This document shows positions 54,613 to 64,000 of a DNA stretch of 64,000 nucleotides, in pieces. The DNA lies in contig CAVSMN010000001.1 in assembly GCA_963729045.1 (NCBI GenBank), positions 24,705-88,704 of the forward strand, written 5' to 3'. The translations under genes were made by a program, and so were the position numbers. The notes beneath the pieces are model-generated. The model saw nothing but the letters and a program-made list of their open reading frames with translations. It did not search any database and was not told the origin of the DNA. Position 1 is the stretch's first letter, and each line of letters begins with the position of its first letter. This stretch comes from an uncultured Nitrososphaeraceae archaeon. GTDB taxonomy: Archaea; Thermoproteota; Nitrososphaeria; Nitrososphaerales; Nitrososphaeraceae.

Positions 54613-55960
54613 CTGAGTTTAGAAAAGTGGGAGTTATTTGCAGAATATAATAATTTGGGCTTTGATCCATTGAGATGGTTACCGGATTGTTCATAACGAG
54701 TTAAACCATGAAAAGTTTGATGGTATTGCAGACGAATTTAAAAACAGAAATAATTTAAGAATAATACCAAACCATTATAGCTATTTCCAATATCCAGAAA
54801 AAAAAGATGCAGAAATAATTAGAAGAGTTTACAAAATAGACGAAGAGTTCAGACACGAAGATCTGAAAACTAAAAAAGCCGTATCAATATTAAAGTATGA
54901 TAAAAACATAGTTAATGACGACAACCTATTAGTTAGTGAGATTAAGAAAATATCTGACTCTTTTGATACTAAAATAGAGGTAGATAAGGTGTCCATCATA
55001 CCTACAAATAGTAAAAAGGATTTCCAGTTTATTTTGTTTGATCATATTAAAACTCAAAGAGGAAACAAAACTGGATATACAATTGTTACCAATTCTAATA
55101 CCCAGGCAACAGATGTTACTCAACCTATAGAGTCTCCAATTCATATGGAAATATCCTTTACTGAATCTATTAGTCTTTTAAATCTACTTGGGTGTTCTAA
55201 AGATATTAAACTTTATCCAATATATGATGCACCAAATGATGAATTATTAGATGATATAAGAAGAAATATTGATAGTTTTACAGCAAAATATAATTATACA
55301 TTTGAAGACTATAGTTCGTTGAAGTTGGGTGGTCTTTTTTTTGGTACCACAGCAGTAGGCAATACTCACAAAGAATTACCAAACAGATATGATTTAATAG
55401 AACAAGATATGCAAATAATAGCAACTGACAGCTTGGGACTTTTGGCATGTCTTGGCTTGTACATAATCACCAACCTAGATGACACAGTATTTCAAAAAAT
55501 GAATAAATATGGCATAGATAGAGAGAAAGTAAATCAATTAAAGGATCTGGCTCTTAAAAGTCTCACAGAGCCAAAGGTATCGATTGGGAAAATAGTATCA
55601 AAGTATCTGCCTGATTTTGAAAACCAATTCGATTTACAATCAAATATATTAGTAACACATCCAATCTCAAAGAACGGTATTGCTTCATTTGTGGAACTCT
55701 CGAAATTAATTAACAATCAAATAATAATTGATAATGTTCCATATGTAGATAATGATATTAAGAATTTTGTATTAAAGGAGCACCTATTATCAAATGTTAG
55801 CGCCTCTACTCCTGATACAAATATGATAATAGTATCAAAAGACTTTGCAGCAACCATTATGGAAGAGTTATCCAAGCACAAGTTTAATCCAGCAATTGTA
55901 GGTAGAATTGGAAAACCAGGGAAAGCTGGAGTTAGTTTTAATAATAAGATTCATCAGTAA
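54613..55960 (+). CDS. SelD/AIR-synthase-related protein (frameshift near 54693)
   Basis: EYNNLGFDPLRWLPDCS N-terminus joins the 54989 ORF after removing one base; TDVTQ, LNLLG, PIYDAP, GGLFFGTT, AIVGRI. Confidence 0.65.
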
Positions 55961-56160
55961 AAAAACAGAAAGGCTTAGGATAGGTTATAAATGAAAAGAA
56001 AAAGAGGTTCATGAAATGAAAATTTTTCTATTATTGTCAATAATTGTTTATAATTAGAAGTATCGTATTTGAAAAAGTTGTTTGGAAAATGGTATATTAC
56101 TATTCATTATTTAACTAATTTATCCTTAAGACAAAATAATAAATAAATAATGATTATTAA

Positions 56161-56886
56161 TTATTGGGTTGTTGATTGCGATTGACCTATTCCTTGAGTT
56201 GTTGCACTTTCATCGTTACCATTACCATTACCATTACCATCATCACTATTGTTATTGTCAAATGCAATGTTATCAGCTGATTTAATATCAGTTACACACA
56301 CAGCTTTTAGTTCATCATTATCATTAAATTGTGGTGAGAGTCTAAAGGATACTACATCCTCAACATCGGTTCCAGGTCTAATGGTCAAATCATTTTTACT
56401 TAATGCATCTGTACCTGAGAAAGATGCTGGAATTTCTGTCAAGTCAGCATTGTTATTTTCAATGTCTACTTGTCCTGGGGATTCGAATGTTATAGATTCG
56501 ACCTGAAGGTCATTTCCACAGTTATCAGAATTTTCTCCTAATGTTACAAAGTGGTTATGCCATACGGGATCATTTGCATCTGTTTGTTCTTCACTATCTT
56601 GGACACCTGCATGTGTTGTGCTAACTACTACTGCATCTAACCCTTCTGTAGTTAACACACCGTATCCAAATGCACCACCATCACCATTCGTGGGAATATG
56701 ACCATGGGTTTCAAGGAATGCACTCATTTCATCTGAATTAGCATCAATTGTGGCTTCTCTTATGTTAAGAAAGTCATCATTATCTCCTCCTTCTGAATTA
56801 GAGGATATAGATGCAAATGCCAGACTTAAAGGTGACAATACTAATATTAATAGCATAGAAACAACTGCAATGAGTTGATTATTCAT
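56161..56886 (-). CDS. Secreted acidic His-containing hypothetical protein
   Basis: Signal peptide; THGHIP, AFGYG, TTHAGVQDSE, WHNHFV; GN repeats; QGIGQSQS tail. Confidence 0.75.
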   Translation of the reverse strand: MNNQLIAVVSMLLILVLSPLSLAFASISSNSEGGDNDDFLNIREATIDANSDEMSAFLETHGHIPTNGDGGAFGYGVLTTEGLDAVVVSTTHAGVQDSEEQTDANDPVWHNHFVTLGENSDNCGNDLQVESITFESPGQVDIENNNADLTEIPASFSGTDALSKNDLTIRPGTDVEDVVSFRLSPQFNDNDELKAVCVTDIKSADNIAFDNNNSDDGNGNGNGNDESATTQGIGQSQSTTQ

Positions 56887-57490
56887 TATCTAGTTCTATT
56901 TTTGAAATATTTATACCTTGTGTGTACTTTTAGCAAGATTTGTAAATATTGCGAATTATTGGTAAATACTGACCACAATTATGGTTTGGTAAAAGCAATT
57001 GAATGTAAAATCATACAGAGTATTATTTGATTTGAGTCATAAAAAAAATTAGGTTTATTTTGCTAGAAATCAATTAATGTTCCTTGTATCATTATAAGAC
57101 TTGGGGCTTCATTCAAAAATCTGACAGGTGTCTCGTTATCCGTAACACTTTTCAATTAACTATAAGAATATCTTTACTGATATCTTTTAAAATATTTGTC
57201 ACCTGAATGAAGCATCTATTGCTTTTATCATCAGGAAATTCATGATTTGGATGAGGGGTTTCCTTCTTCTCTTCCTTCTATGGTAGAAACAGTACATCAC
57301 CAAGCAACTATTTATAAATTTCTAACAATCACCAATTTAATACCATAGTGAAGGCTCCAATAAAGTTATAGACAGAATTGTATAGATTAAAACAAATTTC
57401 AATATAGTTATCTTAGGAATTATAGTTACAAGTACAATAACATACAATGCTTTTTTTTACTTTCGGGATTATAATAAAGAAATAAAAAAA

Positions 57491-58213
57491 TTAGTTGTTA
57501 GTATTTAGACATACTACATAAGGAGTTATTTGAATATCTTCTCCTTCCACGTTTATCGTCCAGCTGTTATTTTGAATGTTGGGTATGCTTCCAATTTCAT
57601 TTATTTCTCCGTTACCGCCTCCTTCTTCATCTCCTACGATATTGTATCCACCACTTAACGGAATATCATTGTCGTTACAGGTTGCAGTGGCAGTTACAAA
57701 AGAATCTTCTTCGGATGTAGATTGTTGAACGCCATTTTTAACATACATGTTTTCCTTTAAGATAATAGAGTTATTACCTGCTGGTCCTTGGGGTCCTACT
57801 TCACCTGCTGGTCCTTGTGGTCCTACTTCACCTGCTGGTCCTTGTGGTCCTACTTCACCTGCGGGTCCTTGTGGTCCTACTTCACCTGCGGGTCCTTGTG
57901 GTCCTACTTCACCTGCGGGTCCTTGTGGTCCTACCGATTCATCGTTTCCCGTGGACTCTGCTATATTCTGTTCTATGTTATCTTTTATTGGTTCAGGTAA
58001 TATCACGGATTGATTATCAATATTGAAAAATGATTGAGATTGATTTTCGTTAAATAAAGGTTCAGTATGTGTTTGTGATAAGTTATCGTTTGAAGAATCA
58101 CTAATGTTTCCCACATCAACATCTAGTTGTTGAGCAACTACAAGTCCATGGTTACCCTGTATGGCAGTCAAGATTATTGTAATTATAATCAAATAATATA
58201 CAATTGATTGCAT
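57491..58213 (-). CDS. Secreted collagen-like protein
   Basis: Signal peptide, (GPQGPAGEV)5-GPQGPAG, C-terminal domain ATC..LSGGY..W..VVC. Confidence 0.9.
   Translation of the reverse strand: MQSIVYYLIIITIILTAIQGNHGLVVAQQLDVDVGNISDSSNDNLSQTHTEPLFNENQSQSFFNIDNQSVILPEPIKDNIEQNIAESTGNDESVGPQGPAGEVGPQGPAGEVGPQGPAGEVGPQGPAGEVGPQGPAGEVGPQGPAGNNSIILKENMYVKNGVQQSTSEEDSFVTATATCNDNDIPLSGGYNIVGDEEGGGNGEINEIGSIPNIQNNSWTINVEGEDIQITPYVVCLNTNN
57777..57933 (-). repeat. 27-bp tandem repeat (about 6 units) encoding Gly-X-Y triplets
   Basis: cctgc(t/g)ggtccttgtggtcctacttca units on the + strand. Confidence 0.95.
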
Positions 58214-58320
58214 TTCTATACAGTTTCAATTATTCTATATATTAAGATTATGATACGACACAATTTGTTAATCTTTTTCTGTTTTGCAATAAAATTTGTA
58301 ATAATTTTAATTAACTTTTA

Positions 58321-58590
58321 CTAATCTGTCCCTATAGCTATGATTAATCCGCTTTCCACAACCATTATAGAAATATCGCTACAGTTAGCACACTTTACTA
58401 ACAGGCTTTCTCTACAGCTATGATCTAATAGAAACGGATCATATACTTCAAAAAAGTGTTCATAAACATATTTCATATCTGTGTATTCATTTATTGTTGT
58501 ATTTGGAAATAAATCTATATTGTTGTCAATAGCATTTTTGTAGGGAATATAGCTAATTGTAGAATCGATATCAGAATTATTATAATTCAT
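58321..58590 (-). CDS. Hypothetical protein with a CxxC motif (possibly a fragment)
   Basis: HSC...KCANC. Confidence 0.4.
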   Translation of the reverse strand: MNYNNSDIDSTISYIPYKNAIDNNIDLFPNTTINEYTDMKYVYEHFFEVYDPFLLDHSCRESLLVKCANCSDISIMVVESGLIIAIGTD

Positions 58591-59709
58591 AGATGCTCAT
58601 ATTATGATATATGTGTAGAGGCCAAACAACATACTGATTTCTTGTTTGGCAGTGTAAAAAGAATAACCTTGATGGTATAGTATTGTTAGCACGGATGTTT
58701 GACATTGTTAGATTAATACAACTCTATTCCCCTTCAGATATAAAAATATAATGGTTAAAATTGTAATTAATTTACAATTCCACTCAAATAGTAGAAAATA
58801 TTTCATCAATATTGAAAAAGTTATTGAAATTTAATCAAAGTTTCAACAAGGATGGAAATGTCGAGTTAACCATATTACATCTAGATGTCTTTTTTGCTGT
58901 CTTTTTGCGATCTTATTTAAAATGACTACCTAATTATGTTTTTTATCACCCAAACAAGCATTCGATCCTTGAATTAAAAAAAGAATGGATTTGCATGAGA
59001 ATGAATGTGTTTTAATTGATAAACATGGTCTAATTTTCCCAAGTAGGTGTTAAAGGGGTATTAAATACAGCCAACAGCATTAATAAGCCATTTAGTTAAA
59101 GAACATACATTTTGTTTTTTACATATAGAAATGGATATAGAACGGATATATTTGTGAACTTTACAACTAATGAAATTCCATTTTTTGCCACTTATCCTAA
59201 TGAAACAAATGTCAATGACCTGATGTTTTACCGAAAATCAGTTCGCCATTGTTAAAACAGGTAGTTGAGGCTCTTCGGTGATTTGGATTTCTTTAAGTTT
59301 GTTAATAAATACTCATCTATTTATCCATTTACCCAACGGTTTAGAGAGAAGAAAGAGGATCCTACTCTTCACATTCAGCAGAACACAATTAAAGATTAGA
59401 AAATGTCGAGTACCAGAAGTGCTCTTCATTATAACATTGATCTGTTTGATATGATATCATCCATAAAATAGATCAAGTGGTTGCCAAATGTGACTGGAAG
59501 TTAACTAAAAACATTTACTGACAACCTTTAAATATAATTATTGTGATATTTTGGTATTGTTTAACAAGATCACATATTTACATATTAATACCTCATCATT
59601 ACGTGAATTAATTGAACGTGAAAGCCGGATATTTTCATGCAGGATTCAATAAAAATCACACCTTACAAAAAGTTGCATTAATTTAATGATCCAGTTAAAC
59701 GAGTAGAAA

Positions 59710-60879
59710 ATGAATAAGAAGATGGTGGATGATTTGGGAAATAAAAATAATACAACAAAAGATGAAAATAATATACATCTTTCCCTAAAAGAGGGTGGTC
59801 TACAGGATAATCAAATAACCTTTGTTAATTTTTCCAATAATTATTGTGTATGCATAATTGATATAATTGATTCTACAAACAATACATATGATATATTAGA
59901 ATCTAAAAAGATCAAACAATACTATTCTGTATTTCTCAATACCATGACCTCAATTATAAGCCGTCATGGGGGTAAAGTAATTAAAAACGCTGGCGATAAC
60001 TTGTTGTATTATTTTCCAAGGACAATGAATGAGAGCAACTATTTGGATTTTCAAGATGTAATTGAATGTGGATTATCTATGATTGATGCAAAGGATCAAG
60101 TAGATCTGCTGTTGAATTTAAATGGATTACCACCTATAAATTATAGGATTAGTGCAAGTTATGGTAAAGTAGAACTAGCTATCGTAGCAAATTCTCATAG
60201 CGGCGATATTTTTGGAACACCTGTAAATGTATGTTCTAAAATAAATCATTTAGCTTCATCGAATCAAATGATAATTCATAGAGATCTTTATCAAGTGATG
60301 AAAGAAATGCCATATTTCGATGACTATGTATTTGAGGAATTAGATCGTAAAAACAGTGTTAACGACTATTCAGAGAATAATAGAAATGTATATACAACTT
60401 ATTCCGTTCGTCGATTTGAAGATATTAATAAACAAAAAGAAATAGAAAGTAAAATATTAGCATTACATGATGAACGTAAGCGTATTCATCAAAATAAAAA
60501 TAACTCGTCTTTTAACATTTTGTTGATAGATGATGACAAAGACATTCTTTTTACATATTCAGCGATAATTAAAAGCCAAGGCTTTACAATAACATCTTTT
60601 TCAAATCCATACAAAGCACTTGATGACTTTTCCACAACGAATCCATATCTGTACGATTTAGTTATAATGGATATACGGATGCCTGGAATAAATGGTATTA
60701 AATTATACTCTAAATTTAGGATAATGAATCCCAATGTAAAGATACTTTTTATGTCGGCATTAGATGCTGTTGGTGAATTGTTAAGCTTATTTCCTGAAAT
60801 TAGTGATTCAGATATCTTGAGAAAACCTGTAGATTCCCAACAATTATTAGACAAAATAAATACAACAATAAGACAATAA
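59710..60879 (+). CDS. Class III adenylate/guanylate cyclase fused to a C-terminal response-regulator receiver domain
   Basis: IIDIIDST, KVIKNAGD, YRISASYG, DIFGTPVNVCSKI; REC: LIDDD, IMDIRMP, FMSA, RKP. Confidence 0.9.
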   Translation: MNKKMVDDLGNKNNTTKDENNIHLSLKEGGLQDNQITFVNFSNNYCVCIIDIIDSTNNTYDILESKKIKQYYSVFLNTMTSIISRHGGKVIKNAGDNLLYYFPRTMNESNYLDFQDVIECGLSMIDAKDQVDLLLNLNGLPPINYRISASYGKVELAIVANSHSGDIFGTPVNVCSKINHLASSNQMIIHRDLYQVMKEMPYFDDYVFEELDRKNSVNDYSENNRNVYTTYSVRRFEDINKQKEIESKILALHDERKRIHQNKNNSSFNILLIDDDKDILFTYSAIIKSQGFTITSFSNPYKALDDFSTTNPYLYDLVIMDIRMPGINGIKLYSKFRIMNPNVKILFMSALDAVGELLSLFPEISDSDILRKPVDSQQLLDKINTTIRQ

Positions 60880-61297
60880 GAAATTAGTTAGAAGACAAAT
60901 TGACTTGAACAAAAGTCATAATACAGGTCTTTTATTTAGAACTTGTTCCGAAGTAAGATGGTAAGCAATATTAGTAACGATCTATATTATTATTATTATT
61001 TTGTTATAAACGACCTTCAGGTTCTCTAGAAGAGTAATTAATACCCTATTGATTACTGCGGTAAAGACCCTTAGAATATTCAGTTAAACCAAAAGATCTA
61101 GACGCAAATTATGAAATTGGAAATAATGATTTTACAATTCATAATGGTGACATGGCAAATAATTTAAAATTAAAAGACTATCAATAGTGAATGATGTTCA
61201 CCCTTACTACTAGCTCAATGGAGATTAGGTTTTATAAGAAATTAAGAGATTCATAAGTTTATACCTGTTAAACCAACGCCGATACCGATGATACCCT

Positions 61298-63080
61298 CTA
61301 TAAAGATAAAGATAAAGTACCTATTTCATAAATAATAGTTTCAATAAATAAAATTTGATCTTTGATATGGTTCAGATTCGATTTGTTCCTGCGTTTGGTT
61401 CGGGGTCTGATTACTGAAATAGATCTTAGTTCAACAGGAATACTAAAGCTAAAAGTACAACCAATTCCGTTCTGGTTGTTTGATGCCCAGATCTTACCTC
61501 CATGAGCTTCTACTATGTTTTTTGAAATGTATAGTCCTAAACCAGTTCCACTATCGGACTTTGTAATAAACTTTTCAAATAGATGATTCATTACCTCAGA
61601 ATTAATTCCTTTACCCTTGTCAACAATACTTACAATTACCTGTTCTGCGTTCTTTTTCCTTAATACTGTTATATTTATTTTCCCATCCTTAGTGAACTTT
61701 TTTGCGTTATTTAATAAATTTAGTATCACCTGTGATATTCTAGCTTTATCGCCTTCTACTAAAATTGATTGATCAAACTCATCATTTAATCTAGTTCCAT
61801 CATGGAAATCAAAATCAATGGATACATATTCTTCCTTTTTTTCTGAATTTGTGGTAAAGTCCTGGATGGTATTTTCAACAAGCTCTACAAAATCAAACCT
61901 CGAAATATTAAGTCTTAATATATGACTATCTATTCTGGAGACGTCCAAAATATCGTCGGTTAGCTTTTGCAATTTCTTTGCGTTTCTATATATCACTTTA
62001 ATATCTTCTTTCAATTCGGACTTATCGATCTCGCTAGTGTTATTCTGAAGGTTTTGATTGATCAGATCAGAAAGTCCCAGAATGGGCTGAATTGGTGTAC
62101 GCAATTCATGGGCAGCTATATTAATAAAATCATCCTTGATTTTTTCGTTTTCCTGTAATTTTTTAAGATTTTCTTTGATTAATGAATTGGCCTTTTTTAG
62201 ATACATACTGTATTGCATGCTTGATATAAATAAGTGCAATAATATTTACAAAATATCCTACGTCTTTAAGAACATGTGCCATATTGTGTGCAGTATCAAA
62301 AGACATTGCAGAAAAGGCCATCACGATCTGTGTAAATATATCTATTACAAGATACAAGGCAAGTCCTTTATACACGACATCTTTTTTTAGATAGAGTTTT
62401 TTTTTGTAAAAAAAGAACAATACCAAACAAAATAATATTAGAGGTGGAATTTCGTACGGCCGATGCACGGAATAATCATCTAAAACAGATGCAGGATAAA
62501 CCAAAAAGAGTGAGCTTAAAGCTGTAACTATTGCGATAATCCCCAAAATTGATATATAAAAAATTATACCATCTTTTTGTGCAATATTAGTTCTTTTTTC
62601 ATGTTCCTCTTGTGTATACGATTGGGATCTGATGTCAGTTAGTTGTCCTATTTCTTCTCTTTCAGATAGTGAAGAGTATTTTAAGATAGCAATTAAGAGC
62701 ATCGCACCAAGGAAGAATCGGCCTGCAAACCAGGTTTGAGGAATGAAATATTTTATAAAATTTATATTCTCTATTAATGCAAAAGATACTATAACATGGA
62801 ATAAATCGATAGAAACACTAATAAAAAAGCCTACACCAACAAAAAGACTAAATCTATCTCTTAGAACCCTATAACGCAAAATGTAATAAAAGGATAGAGC
62901 CGAGCCTAGTATTACTGCAATCAATTCGATGTAAAAATGATGTGTTTCTGAAGAAACCCATAAAGTAGGATCTAATGAGACTGCCAAGAACAGAGACAGC
63001 AGTAGAGAAGGCACAACAATTAGTTTAATTATACTCGATAAAATCGAATCATCTGAAAAAATATGAGTAAGATTTTTCAA
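61298..63080 (-). CDS. Sensor histidine kinase with a MASE3-like multi-TM input domain (frameshift near 62230)
   Basis: HFYIELIA, DLFH, TWFAGR TM domain; AAHELRTPIQP, NLLNNAKKF, DKGKGI, GTGLGL. Confidence 0.88.
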
Positions 63081-63226
63081 AAAAAATCATCCTCTCTTAG
63101 TAATAATCATAAAAATATGAAATAATATTGGACAGGTGTGGAAACTCATCGGTTTGTTTGCTACAATATCCCATCCGAATTTGTTTTCAATATCTACTAC
63201 AATAAACATTAACGAATTCAATACTG

Positions 63227-64000
63227 TCAATTACCATCTATTTTAGCTTCAGATAACTTCCTTTTTATGATTGAGATAAATTGTTCGCCGCTTAAAGGTT
63301 TTCTCACAATTTCAGTCATTTTGATTTCAGGTAATGCTTCAACGAACTCGCCAACCAGATCCAGAGCAGTTACAAAAATAATATTCAAATATGGATCTAT
63401 CGCTTTAAATCTGTAGAATAGCCTTATTCCGCTCACCTCGCGCATTCTTATATCCATAACTACCAAGTCATAGTTATGTGAATTCTTTTTTGTCAAGTTT
63501 TTTAGAGCTTCAATAGGATTTGAATAGGAATGTACTTTATATCCCTCCCTTTTTAACAGTGATTTAAATGTGTATAGAATATCCACGTCATCATCTATTA
63601 GTAAGATATTGTACTGTTTGTTTTTTATTTGACCCAGTCGCTTGATTTCATTTGAAGTGGATGGATACTTTAGTCCTTCTTGTCGTTTGTTTGTGGATAA
63701 AATTTCTCTATTATCTATTATTGTGTAATACGAATTGAAATTTCTGCTGTTCCCATCTAATGATAGTTTGATCTCAGATATTTCAAATCCTTTACTAAAA
63801 GTCGAATTAATTAATAAGGAATACAAGTTCTTTCCTATTACCAATCCATTTGATTTAGACAAGCTGTTTATTTTGGCACATTCATTTACTACCGAGCCAA
63901 ATAAGTCCACTTCCTTGTTGGTAGACCCCAGGGCAACTTCTACTAATCCGTAATTCATACTAATTCTATAATTGATAGGCGGCAGATCTTCCTGTGCTAA
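63227..64000 (-). CDS. Second class III cyclase-REC fusion (5' part lies outside the window)
   Basis: Frame open to the window edge: LAQEDLPPINYRISMNYG, DLFGSVVNECAKI; REC: LIDDD, VMDIRM, FVTA, RKP. Confidence 0.88.
   Translation of the reverse strand, partial: LAQEDLPPINYRISMNYGLVEVALGSTNKEVDLFGSVVNECAKINSLSKSNGLVIGKNLYSLLINSTFSKGFEISEIKLSLDGNSRNFNSYYTIIDNREILSTNKRQEGLKYPSTSNEIKRLGQIKNKQYNILLIDDDVDILYTFKSLLKREGYKVHSYSNPIEALKNLTKKNSHNYDLVVMDIRMREVSGIRLFYRFKAIDPYLNIIFVTALDLVGEFVEALPEIKMTEIVRKPLSGEQFISIIKRKLSEAKIDGN

Noticed and set aside
57747..58026. Plus-strand ORFs with repeated peptides ([15 protein letters not shown])
   Set aside because: Antisense shadows of the collagen repeat
59542..59575. 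TGTGA...TCACA as a CRP-like box upstream of the cyclase
   Set aside because: Half-sites are about 23 bp apart rather than 6

Overview
AT-rich archaeal chromosome segment from an ammonia-oxidising archaeon (Nitrososphaeraceae, most consistent with Ca. Nitrosocosmicus; the genus is inferred from gene content and low GC). Core genes: aIF6, leuCD, psmB, tgtA-SmAP3-AK6, radA, rtcB, purB, smc, glyA, Zfx-type ferredoxin, gatDE, hisBHAF, lysA, cdc48, rpl2, nth, sat and cysH. Two near-identical amoC cassettes of about 825 bp form a direct repeat about 13.7 kb apart, and both begin at a conserved TTATCA-N4-TGATAA palindrome. Accessory regions lie at both ends. The left end has Cys-rich micro-proteins and decayed ORFs. 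The right end has secreted and collagen-like proteins plus a signalling locus: two class III nucleotide cyclase-REC fusions flanking a MASE3-type histidine kinase. A membrane-anchored HD protein with phosphodiesterase-like motifs lies elsewhere in the window; together these are the best candidate for an uncharacterised archaeal cyclic-nucleotide system. More than a dozen genes, including essential ones, carry single-base frameshifts, so the assembly is probably indel-prone and pseudogene calls should be treated with caution. No tRNA, rRNA, CRISPR array or transposase was recognised.
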